A program made the position numbers and the translations under genes. A stretch of 64,000 bases of DNA, from contig JASGHG010000001.1 in assembly GCA_047602425.1 (NCBI GenBank), positions 3,136,001 to 3,200,000 of the forward strand. Reading direction: 5' to 3'. Below the pieces are notes generated by a model. The model did no database searches. It saw only the letters and a program-made list of their open reading frames with translations, and was not told the DNA's origin. Positions 8,877 through 16,894 of the stretch are shown one piece after another. Source of the stretch: Nibricoccus sp. Lineage in GTDB: Bacteria > Verrucomicrobiota > Verrucomicrobiia > Opitutales > Opitutaceae. Each line of letters starts with the position of its first letter. Within the stretch, counting starts at the first letter, position 1.

Positions 8877-11519
8877 TCAACTCGTCAGCAGCGACCTCAA
8901 ATCGGCGAGGGAGAGTTTGGCGGAGGCGGCGTCGCTGGCTTCGAAGACGTCGGCTAGGAGGGCGCGTTTGCTTTCCTGGAGTTGCAGGACTTTTTCTTCG
9001 ACGGTGCCGCTGCAAATGAGTTTGTAGCTCGTGACGACGCGGCTTTGGCCGATGCGGTGGGCGCGGTCGGTCGCTTGTGCTTCGACGGCGGGATTCCACC
9101 ACGGATCGAAATGAATCACGGTGTCGGCGCTCGTGAGGTTGAGGCCGGTGCCGCCTGCTTTGAGCGAGATGAGGAAGACGGGGATGTCGTTGGCGGTGTT
9201 GAATTGATCGACCGCGGCCTGGCGGGCGCGGGTGGACATCGAACCGTCGAGGTAGCAGAAGGGAATTTGTTGCGCTTCGAGTTCGGTGCGGAGCAGGGCG
9301 AGGAGCGAAGTGAATTGCGAGAAGACAAGCAGGCGGTGTCCGTCGTCGATCGCTTCGGCGAGCAATTCGCGGAAGGCATCGAGTTTGGCGGATTCGGAGG
9401 AAGGTGACGGGTTATGGGTGATGGGTGATGGGGAGGTGTCGGATTGGGGGTAGGGCGCGACCGCCGGGCGCGCCGGGCTTGCATCCAGCGCGGGCGGAGG
9501 TAACGGACGGCCCGGCGGTCCGTCCCTACCCGGCAGCAAGCGTGGATCGCAGCAGACTTGGCGGAGGCGGAGGAGTTGGGTGAGCGTGGCGAAACGGATG
9601 GCGTTTTCGGAGGCGCCGCTGGCTTCGAGGTCCATCAACGCGCGCTCGGACTCTTCCTGCACCTGGCGGTAGAGAGCGGATTGGGTGGGGGAGAGTTCGC
9701 AATAGAGCACCTGCTCGATCTTCGGCGGGAGCTCGGGGGCGACGGCTTGTTTGGTGCGGCGAAGGATGTAGGTGGCGGTCTTGGCGCGAAGACGTTCGTC
9801 GTACCAAAGGCGATCTTCGCCGCGCGTGCCGGGCGGAACTTTTTCGAGATAGCCGGGCATGAGCACCTCGAAGAGCGAGCGCAGATCGTCGAGACTGTTT
9901 TCGAGCGGCGTGCCGGTGAGGAGGAAGCGGCCGCGGGCGCGGAGGGAGCGGAGCGTCTGGGCGTTTTGGGTGCGGCGGTTTTTGAGATGTTGTGCTTCGT
10001 CGGCGATGAGGACGGCGAATTCGGTTTCGCCAAAGAGTGCGCGGTCGCGGGCGAGCGTGCCGTAGGAAGTGACGATCAGATCGATACCGGCAAAATCGGC
10101 GGCCTTCATGAGACGGCGGTCACCGTGGTGGATGAAGACGCGGAGTTGCGGGGTGAAGCGCGCGGCCTCGCGGCGCCAGTTTTCGACGAGGGTGGCGGGA
10201 CAGATGACGAGGGATGGGTGGTGGGTTATGAGTGATGGGTGATGGGGCGAAGGGCGAGAGGAGGTTATGGGTGATGGGTTATGGGTGATGGGTAGTTGGC
10301 TCTTTGGCGTTTGAGATTTGGAATTTGGGATTTCCTCGCGGAGCGCAGCGAGCACCGCGAGTGCCTGCAGGGTTTTACCGAGGCCCATTTCGTCGGCGAG
10401 AATGCCGCCGAGGTTATGCCGATACAGGTGCCAGAGCCAGGCGGCGCCGAGTTTCTGGTAGGGACGGAGCTGGGTGTCGAACCCGGCGGGGATGGGGGCG
10501 GGCGCGAGTTTGGAAAGGTTGCGCAGGGCTTCGCTACGTTCGCGCCAGGCGGAGGGCGGCTGGAAGTGCGGGGCGATTTCCTCGATGATGGCTTCGGCCT
10601 CGGCAAGGCGCGCGGTGCTGACGCGATGCGTGCGATTCGTGGTGACGCCCGCGCCGGTGTCTCCGGCGAGGGCACGCTGGGCATTGGCTAGTCCTGCGAG
10701 TTGTTTCGGCGAAACAAGGAAGACGCGGCCCTCAGCTTCGACATAACCGCGATTCGAAGCGGCGGCGGAGAGGAGCTGGTCTTCGGGGACCTTGCCGGCG
10801 CGGAGGGCGACCGTGACGTTGAAGCCGTTACCGTTGTCGACCGCATCGCAGACCACCTCGGCAGTGGTGAGGCGCGCGGTGTTTTTCTCGAAGTTGGGCG
10901 TGAACTCGGCATGAAATTCGTTGCGGAGCCGGTCGCCGTGGGTGGCGAGGAAATTGAGCGTTTTGTGCCGGTCGCGCAGCCACCACTTGCGATTGGAGGG
11001 TTCGAGAACGAAACCATTGGACTTCACTAATTCCAAAGCGGCGGAATAGGAAACGCTCTCGCGCGAAGGCAGCGTCACGGCGAGAAAATGTTCGGAACCA
11101 TCGACGGTGAAAGAAGTGGAGATATCACGCGAAGCGAGTGGCTTGGCGCGCGTCGTCGGTGATGGGGTAACTCCTGGGGGAACGTAGGAAGGGACGATGG
11201 TTTTTGGCGCATCGGGTTCGTTGAGGAATTCACTCACGCCGCGCAGAAGCGGGCCGACCCAGAGGACAGGGACTTGCGGAGCGTTGACCCAAAAGAAAAC
11301 AGGTTGGCCCGTAAGCAACGAGACAAGTTGACGAAGTTGGGCGCGTTTGAGTTGGAGGAAGGCGGGTGGTTTTGGCGTGCCGCACCAACTTTGAAGAAGG
11401 GCGAGGGCGGGCAGAATTTCCTGTGAGGGCGGTGCGTCGAGGTTCAGCTCAACCTTCAGCGCGATGGCATCGCGAGGCGCGGCGGCGGCGAGATTGGGCG
11501 GAAGCAGTAAACGCAACAT
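8877..11519 (-). CDS. SNF2-family (DEAD/DEAH-like) helicase
   Basis: LRPYQ, GILADEMGLGKT, LVICPATLVENW, IADEAQHLKN, LTGTPLEN, LLRLRQVC, VFSQF, LKAGGTGLNL, DPWWNPAVEAQATDRAHRIGQ. Confidence 0.95.
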   Translation of the reverse strand: MLRLLLPPNLAAAAPRDAIALKVELNLDAPPSQEILPALALLQSWCGTPKPPAFLQLKRAQLRQLVSLLTGQPVFFWVNAPQVPVLWVGPLLRGVSEFLNEPDAPKTIVPSYVPPGVTPSPTTRAKPLASRDISTSFTVDGSEHFLAVTLPSRESVSYSAALELVKSNGFVLEPSNRKWWLRDRHKTLNFLATHGDRLRNEFHAEFTPNFEKNTARLTTAEVVCDAVDNGNGFNVTVALRAGKVPEDQLLSAAASNRGYVEAEGRVFLVSPKQLAGLANAQRALAGDTGAGVTTNRTHRVSTARLAEAEAIIEEIAPHFQPPSAWRERSEALRNLSKLAPAPIPAGFDTQLRPYQKLGAAWLWHLYRHNLGGILADEMGLGKTLQALAVLAALREEIPNSKSQTPKSQLPITHNPSPITSSRPSPHHPSLITHHPSLVICPATLVENWRREAARFTPQLRVFIHHGDRRLMKAADFAGIDLIVTSYGTLARDRALFGETEFAVLIADEAQHLKNRRTQNAQTLRSLRARGRFLLTGTPLENSLDDLRSLFEVLMPGYLEKVPPGTRGEDRLWYDERLRAKTATYILRRTKQAVAPELPPKIEQVLYCELSPTQSALYRQVQEESERALMDLEASGASENAIRFATLTQLLRLRQVCCDPRLLPGRDGPPGRPLPPPALDASPARPAVAPYPQSDTSPSPITHNPSPSSESAKLDAFRELLAEAIDDGHRLLVFSQFTSLLALLRTELEAQQIPFCYLDGSMSTRARQAAVDQFNTANDIPVFLISLKAGGTGLNLTSADTVIHFDPWWNPAVEAQATDRAHRIGQSRVVTSYKLICSGTVEEKVLQLQESKRALLADVFEASDAASAKLSLADLRSLLTS
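9405..9432. repeat. Heptamer tandem repeat (TGATGGG/TTATGGG x4), in frame in the SNF2 gene
   Basis: TGACGGG TTATGGG TGATGGG TGATGGG, encoding PSPITHNPSP. Confidence 0.8.
9449..9530. repeat. GTAG-type REP doublet (REPIN-like), in frame in the SNF2 gene
   Basis: GGTAGGGCGCGACCGCCGGGCGCGCC ... GGACGGCCCGGCGGTCCGTCCCTACC, 82 bp with inverted GGTAGGG/CCCTACC ends. Translated as GRDGPPGRP...ARPAVAPY. Confidence 0.75.
10212..10333. repeat. Composite heptamer arrays (TGATGGG/TTATGGG and TTTGRRA types), in frame in the SNF2 gene
   Basis: About nine TGATGGG-type units plus TTTGGCG TTTGAGA TTTGGAA TTTGGGA. Encodes IPNSKSQTPKS...PITHNPSPIT...HHPSLITHHPS between helicase motifs I and Ia. Confidence 0.8.
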
Positions 11520-11677
11520 GGTTGTGAAAAGACTGCCCGGACGGTTCGGGGCGAGGCGAGAAAAACTATTTTTCGAACCATCGGGAATATTCCGTGCGCC
11601 GGTTGCTCTGACTCCCGTTGGCGTTTATTTGCGTCCGTGCGGATGCAGCGACCGACATGACTCAAAAGTGTATCACC

Positions 11678-12022
11678 ATGAAACATTCGACTAAGACCCT
11701 GCTCGCCTGTGCCGCGCTTGCCGGCATTTACTCCGGTTCCCTCGCAACGAAAACCTACGCCGCGTCGCACCGTGATGCCGGCACCAAGGTCCTCCTGGCC
11801 GCCGACGGTGACAAAGACAAAGCCTCTTGTTCCGGCAAGGACGGCTGTGGCGGCAAGGACAAGTCCAGCTGCAAGGGCATGCACGACTGCAAAGGCAAAA
11901 ACGATTGCAAGGGACAAGGCGGTTGCAAATCCAGCGACAACGGCTGCAAGGGCAAAAACTCCTGCAAGGGCAAAGGCGGTTGCTCGACGGCCAAGAAGCA
12001 CACCGAAGAAAAGAAAGCCTGA
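11678..12022 (+). CDS. Secreted Cys/Lys/Gly-rich MNIO RiPP precursor (bufferin BufA2-like)
   Basis: Sec-type signal peptide (MKHSTKTLLACAALAG...), then a core with 9 Cys, mostly spaced C-x5-C (CKGMHDCKGKNDCKGQGGC...CKGKNSCKGKGGC), directly upstream of DUF692. Confidence 0.85.
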   Translation: MKHSTKTLLACAALAGIYSGSLATKTYAASHRDAGTKVLLAADGDKDKASCSGKDGCGGKDKSSCKGMHDCKGKNDCKGQGGCKSSDNGCKGKNSCKGKGGCSTAKKHTEEKKA

Positions 12023-12044
12023 GTATCCAAAAAATCACTTCAAC

Positions 12045-12070
12045 GGCGCCGTCGCGAGTTGGGCGGCGCC
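12045..12070 (+). other. Intergenic stem-loop between precursor and DUF692 genes
   Basis: GGCGCCGTC-gcgagttg-GGCGGCGCC stem with no U-tract. Confidence 0.55.
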
Positions 12071-12087
12071 ATCAACCATTTCATCCC

Positions 12088-12951
12088 ATGCCCGCCAATC
12101 GATTCAATGGACACACCGAGTACGGCATTGGACTCGGTCTGCGAGTGCCGCACTACCGGCATATCTTATCGAACAAACCGACTTGCGCGTGGTTTGAGAT
12201 CATTTCGGAAAATTTCATGGTCGATGGCGGGCGGCCGCTGGAGGTGCTCGACAAGATCCTCGAACAATACCAAGTCGTGCAACACGGTGTGTCGATGTAT
12301 TTTGGTTCGGCCGACAAGCCGGATCGGGCGCACTTGCAGAAGTTGAAACGCCTGGTCAAGCGCACCAAGACACCCTGGCTCTCCGATCATCTTTGCTGGG
12401 GCAGTGTCGACGGCACTTATACCCACGATCTGCTGCCAATGCCCTACACGCGCGAAGCGGCCAAACGCACGGCGGAGAAAATCAAACACGTGCGTGATTT
12501 CCTCGAAGTGCCGATTTGCGTGGAGAACGTGAGCTCCTACATGGAATTTCATGCCTCGGAGATGACTGAGTGGGAGTTCCTCACCGAAGTCGTCGAACTC
12601 GCCGACTGCGGAATTCTTCTCGACGTGAATAATATTTACGTCTCCTCAAAAAACCACGGCTTTGATCCAATGAAATACATCGAAGGTATCCCGCATCACC
12701 GGGTCGGCCAGATGCACATCGCGGGTCACACGAAGTTCGAGAAATATATTTTAGACACGCATGACCATCCAGTGCTCGACCCGGTTTGGAAAATGTACCG
12801 GCGGGCGACGGAACTGTGCGGCGTGACGGCGACATTGCTCGAGTGGGACGACAAGATTCCGTCCTTTGACGAAGTCCACGCCGAGGCACTGAAGGCGAAT
12901 CAATATATCGACGAAGCCCGTGAAGCGCTCGTTCAGCATGCCAAAAACTAG
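12088..12951 (+). CDS. DUF692 multinuclear non-heme iron oxidative enzyme (MNIO; MbnB/TglH/BufB family)
   Basis: GIGLGLR, FEIISENF, QHGVS, WLSDHL, DLLPMP, VENVSSY, LLDVNNIYV, MHIAGH, DTHDHPV, LLEWD. Start at ATG 12088. Confidence 0.95.
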   Translation: MPANRFNGHTEYGIGLGLRVPHYRHILSNKPTCAWFEIISENFMVDGGRPLEVLDKILEQYQVVQHGVSMYFGSADKPDRAHLQKLKRLVKRTKTPWLSDHLCWGSVDGTYTHDLLPMPYTREAAKRTAEKIKHVRDFLEVPICVENVSSYMEFHASEMTEWEFLTEVVELADCGILLDVNNIYVSSKNHGFDPMKYIEGIPHHRVGQMHIAGHTKFEKYILDTHDHPVLDPVWKMYRRATELCGVTATLLEWDDKIPSFDEVHAEALKANQYIDEAREALVQHAKN

Positions 12952-13867
12952 ACGCCGCCCTGCCGAAGTTATGCCCGATCTTGAGCCGCGCGATCTGGCC
13001 GCCTGGCAGCGCACGATGCATGCGGCGATCACGCGTCCCCTCGCACCGGGCGATCGGGCGCAACGACGCTGGTTCGATGGCGGCTCGACGGCGCGGGCCA
13101 TGGCGAAACTTGTCAAACCGAGTCGAACCCTCCAACCCGTCGAACGAGTCGAAATCTACAATCGCATGTATTGGTTTCGCATCCTCGACAGCCTTGCGCA
13201 GGATTTCCCTGGGTTGAAGGCGTTATTGGGCGACAAGAAATTCTGGAAGCTGGCGGAGACATATCTGGCGGTGTGCCCCTCGCGTTCGTTCACGTTGCGC
13301 GACCTCGGATCGAGGCTGGAAAAATTTATCGCGAGCGAAGCCGCTTTGGTGGAACCCTATTTGGCGGCCGCGCTCGATATGACACATTTCGAGTGGGCGC
13401 AAATCGTGGCCTTCGACGGACCGTCGAAGCCGAAGTTGCGCAAGGCGCAGTTCGAAGGAACGAACCCGAACCAATTGCAACTCGGCCTGCAGCCCTATTT
13501 GACTATCCTCAACTGTCGGCATCCGGTCGACGAGTTTGTCCTCGCGGTGAAACGCGACGGGGCTTTGCGCACGGAGGCCAGCAACGCGGTGTTGGCGCGG
13601 ATCGAGTCGACGGGCGAGGTGGTGGAATTGCGTCGCGGACCCATTTTATACCTCGCGGTGCATCGCATGGACAACCAACTCTATTATAAACGGCTCGATA
13701 GAGAGGCAGCGGTTTTATTGCGCGCGCTGCGGGCCGGACGAACGTTGGCGGAGGCCTGCGCCGCAGCTTTTGCGCGTTCGAAGCTGGGTGAGGCGGAGCA
13801 GGCGGAAACGCTGAAGCAGTGGTTTTCCCTCTGGATGCGACTCGGTTGGCTCTGCGCGCGGGAATAA
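12938..13867 (+). CDS. DUF2063 (BufC/HvfC-like) MNIO partner protein
   Basis: RVEIYNRMYWFRILDSLAQDFPGLKALLG..F..LA..YL...PSRSFTLRDLG, DMTHFEWA. Overlaps the DUF692 stop. Confidence 0.88.
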   Translation: MPKTRRRPAEVMPDLEPRDLAAWQRTMHAAITRPLAPGDRAQRRWFDGGSTARAMAKLVKPSRTLQPVERVEIYNRMYWFRILDSLAQDFPGLKALLGDKKFWKLAETYLAVCPSRSFTLRDLGSRLEKFIASEAALVEPYLAAALDMTHFEWAQIVAFDGPSKPKLRKAQFEGTNPNQLQLGLQPYLTILNCRHPVDEFVLAVKRDGALRTEASNAVLARIESTGEVVELRRGPILYLAVHRMDNQLYYKRLDREAAVLLRALRAGRTLAEACAAAFARSKLGEAEQAETLKQWFSLWMRLGWLCARE

Positions 13868-13892
13868 AACGGCGGTTCGATGGCTCTAAATT

Positions 13893-14366
13893 ATGACTAT
13901 GCAAATCACATCATTAAGGACTCGATTTGAGGCGATGGCCGATTTTCTTCGCTCGCCGCTGTTGCTGGTGTTGAGGGTTTATTGGGGATGGCAATTTGTT
14001 CAAGCGGGCTGGGGAAAGATCATGAATCTGGAGAAAACCGCCGGATTCTTTCGCGACCTCGGAATTCCCGCACCCCAACTCAATGCGATCCTCGCGGGCG
14101 GCACCGAATGCATCGGGGGACTGCTGTTGCTGCTGGGACTTTGGGCAAGAATGGTGAGTGTGCCTTTGATCGTCACAATGGCCGTGGCTTACGCGACTGC
14201 GGAGCGCGAGGCCCTGCGCTCGATCGCGAGCGATCCGGACAAATTCACCTCGGCGGCGCCGTTTTTGTTTCTGCTCGTGTCCCTCATCGTACTGGCCTTC
14301 GGGCCGGGAACTTTCTCGGTGGATCGGTTGCTGAAACGCGAAACCAACATTAATAACAAGGCCTAA
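13893..14366 (+). CDS. DoxX-family membrane protein
   Basis: LRVYWGWQFVQAGWGKI, F..LGIP.P, E..GGLLLLLGL..R, GPGTFSVD. Confidence 0.92.
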   Translation: MTMQITSLRTRFEAMADFLRSPLLLVLRVYWGWQFVQAGWGKIMNLEKTAGFFRDLGIPAPQLNAILAGGTECIGGLLLLLGLWARMVSVPLIVTMAVAYATAEREALRSIASDPDKFTSAAPFLFLLVSLIVLAFGPGTFSVDRLLKRETNINNKA

Positions 14367-14372
14367 GCGCCC

Positions 14373-14927
14373 ATGTCGGACGACGCCTTCACACAACTCG
14401 TGGATATGTACTATCCATCGCTTTATCGCTTCGCGCTGAGTCTGGCGCGCAGCGAGGCGGACGCGTGTGATCTGGCGCAACAGACCTTCTATGTTTGGGC
14501 AAAAAAAGGCCACGCGTTGCGCGAGGCGGCGAAGGCAAAGTCCTGGTTGTTCACCACGCTATATCGTGAATTTCTGCGAGGGCGGCGCCGCGGCGAACGT
14601 ATGACGGCATTGGATACGGTGCCGGAGAGCCAGTTGGAAGAAGTAACGCTGGAACCGGAAATCGTGGCATCGATGGATGGCGGCGTGGTGATGACCGCGT
14701 TGCAGGAGGTGGAGGAAATTTTTCGCGCACCGCTGACCCTTTTTTATTTGGAGGAACTTTCCTATCAGGAAATCGCCGAGACGTTGGAGGTTCCGGTTGG
14801 TACGGTGATGTCGCGGCTTTCGCGTGGGAAAACGCAACTGCGTGCACGTCTGGCCTCGCGTATTGGGACAAAATCCGGAACAGTCGTGCCGTTCCAGAAT
14901 TCAAACAACAAGGCCTCCCATGGATAA
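14373..14927 (+). CDS. ECF RNA polymerase sigma factor
   Basis: Region 2 LYRFALSL...DACDLAQQTF...KSWLFT; region 4 LSYQEIAETLEVPVGTVMSRLSRG. Confidence 0.95.
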   Translation: MSDDAFTQLVDMYYPSLYRFALSLARSEADACDLAQQTFYVWAKKGHALREAAKAKSWLFTTLYREFLRGRRRGERMTALDTVPESQLEEVTLEPEIVASMDGGVVMTALQEVEEIFRAPLTLFYLEELSYQEIAETLEVPVGTVMSRLSRGKTQLRARLASRIGTKSGTVVPFQNSNNKASHG

Positions 14928-15648
14928 CAACGAGGCAAAATTCATTCTCAAAGCCTACCGACCCGGCGGTGCCGATGCTGGCGACGCGCAGTTTAGCGCG
15001 GCGCTGACCCAGGCGGAGCGCGATCCGGAATTGCGGGTCTGGTTCGAACGCGAACAAGCATGCGACAAAGCCATGGCCGTGAAATTGAAAGCGATTCCGG
15101 TGCCTGCGGGTCTGCGCGAATCCATCCTCGCGGGTGGCAAAGTGACGGCGGCGCGGCGTGCCTGGTGGCGGCAGCCTTTCTGGCTGGCGATGGCGGCCTC
15201 GGTGGCGTTGTTAATCGCCGTGGTTTCAATTTGGCGCTATCAGACGGTTTCGACTGATTGGAGTCAGGTGGTGGCGCAATTGAGTGCCGATGCCGCGCAT
15301 GCGGAGAAACATGGCTCTGCAGGCGAGACCGCGAAGCAATTTACAGCGCTGGTGGCGAATGCGAGCACGCATTTGAGTTCGCCGTTGCCGGTCAACTTGG
15401 GACGACTCAAAGCCGACGGCTGCCGCACGCTGACGGTGGCTGGCCACGAAGTGATGGAAATCTGCTTCGAGCGAAACGGCGGTGAATTTCACCTCTACGT
15501 GATGAAGCGGCCGCCATCGCGGGATGTGCCGTCCGGACCGCAATTTGCCGCTCGTGGCGCGATGCACTCGGTGCTTTGGACCGACGCCAATCATCTTTAT
15601 GTGATGGCGAGCGCCAAAGACGAAGCGGCGCTGAAGGCGCTGTTATAA
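14920..15648 (+). CDS. Membrane-anchored anti-sigma factor (DUF3379-like)
   Basis: Overlaps the sigma stop codon. Cytoplasmic N-terminus (L.AYRPGG.D...P.GLRESIL), one TM helix (WLAMAASVALLIAVVSIW), and a periplasmic domain with GCRTL...EICF...FHLYV. Confidence 0.75.
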   Translation: MDNNEAKFILKAYRPGGADAGDAQFSAALTQAERDPELRVWFEREQACDKAMAVKLKAIPVPAGLRESILAGGKVTAARRAWWRQPFWLAMAASVALLIAVVSIWRYQTVSTDWSQVVAQLSADAAHAEKHGSAGETAKQFTALVANASTHLSSPLPVNLGRLKADGCRTLTVAGHEVMEICFERNGGEFHLYVMKRPPSRDVPSGPQFAARGAMHSVLWTDANHLYVMASAKDEAALKALL

Positions 15649-15704
15649 TTTCAGGTTGTCTTCGACTGTATAAATACCGGTTTTAGCCTTGCCGGTAGTT
15701 TAGT

Positions 15705-15787
15705 GGTAGGGACGGCTCTCCGAGCCGTCCGTCATCGTCGCGGGCGTTTCTACATCGCAGCGGACGTCTCGGAGAGACGTCCCTACC
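15705..15787. repeat. GTAG-type REP doublet (REPIN-like), intergenic between convergent genes
   Basis: GGTAGGGACGGCTCTCCGAGCCGTCC ... GGACGTCTCGGAGAGACGTCCCTACC, 83 bp, same architecture as 9449..9530. Confidence 0.8.
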
Positions 15788-15838
15788 ATCGATCCAATTC
15801 GAATGAATGTAAATCTGCTGCCTGAGCGACGCAGGCTG

Positions 15839-16894
15839 TCAGCTTTTGGCGCTGTTGAGCGGTCCGGCTGCGAGCTGGCTCCAAAGGGCTACGGCTTTTT
15901 CGTTGAGAATTTCGCGGGCGCGTTTCACTTCGGCGGTGCGGGCGGCGAGGTTTTCCTCCGCGATCTTGGCGAGGTCGTCGAGGTTGTAGAGAAACACGTT
16001 TTCATGTCCCGCGGCGGCGGGGTCGACGTCGCGCGGCAGGGCGAGATCGATGAAGAAGAGCGGTCGTGCGCGGCGTTGTTTCATCGCGGCGTGAATGACC
16101 TCGGCGGTAACGACGACTTGAGGCGCTGCAGTGGAGCAAACAACGATATCGAAATCGTGGAGACGCGCGGCCCATTGTTCGAACGGCAGGGCAGTGGCAC
16201 CCAGCGTACTCGCGAGCTCCATGGCACGCTCAAGGCGGCGGCTGGCGACGGTAAGGTCTTTCGCGCCGCGACTTTGAAAAGCCTTGGCGGTCTTGTCGCC
16301 GATCTCGCCGGCGCCGAGGAGAAGAATGCGCGCTTCGCCTAGTTGACCGAAAATTTTTGTGGCGAGATCAACCGCGACGTTGGCCACGCTGATCTGGCCC
16401 TCGGTGATGGCGGTGTGTGTGCGAATGTATTTCGCGTATTGAAAGGTTTTTTGGAAAACGCGATTGAGGACGGGGCCGGTGCTGTGACGGGTCTGGGCGG
16501 CGGCGTACGCGTCCTTTACCTGGCCGAGAATCTCGGTTTCACCGAGCATCTGCGAATCGAGCCCGGAGCAGACCTCGATCAAATGTTCAATGGCTTCGCG
16601 GTTTTGCGCGTGATGGCGGATGGAGGCGAATTCCTCCTCGGAAAAGCCCTGGAAGGCGCAGAAGGCGGCTTGGAGCTTGGCGATGGTTGCGGGATTTTCC
16701 GCGCAGCCGTAAAACTCAACGCGATTGCACGTATTGAGCACGGCATGTTCGCGCAGACCGGGCAACTGGCCGAGCTGGGCGAGAAAGGCGTTCATCTTGT
16801 CCGGGGTGAGCGCAAGTTTTTCGCGCAACTCAATGGGCGTACGATGATGATTCGCGCCAAGGATGAAGAGCGTGGAAGCTGGCTGGTCGCTCAT
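15839..16894 (-). CDS. hemA: Glutamyl-tRNA reductase
   Basis: GANHHRTPIELREKL, LNTCNRVEFY, GLDSQMLGETEILGQVK, LGAGEIG, IDLALPRDVD, YNLDDL. Confidence 0.96.
   Translation of the reverse strand: MSDQPASTLFILGANHHRTPIELREKLALTPDKMNAFLAQLGQLPGLREHAVLNTCNRVEFYGCAENPATIAKLQAAFCAFQGFSEEEFASIRHHAQNREAIEHLIEVCSGLDSQMLGETEILGQVKDAYAAAQTRHSTGPVLNRVFQKTFQYAKYIRTHTAITEGQISVANVAVDLATKIFGQLGEARILLLGAGEIGDKTAKAFQSRGAKDLTVASRRLERAMELASTLGATALPFEQWAARLHDFDIVVCSTAAPQVVVTAEVIHAAMKQRRARPLFFIDLALPRDVDPAAAGHENVFLYNLDDLAKIAEENLAARTAEVKRAREILNEKAVALWSQLAAGPLNSAKS

Noticed and set aside
11456..12030. Antisense ORFs over the precursor (hydrophobic 181 aa; PLQ-repeat 91 aa)
   Set aside because: These are mirror images of the repetitive CKG codons; the plus-strand frame has the signal peptide and operon context.
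11827..12087. Gln/Arg-rich N-terminal extension of the DUF692 ORF
   Set aside because: It is an off-frame reading of the precursor repeats; DUF692 homology begins at ATG 12088.
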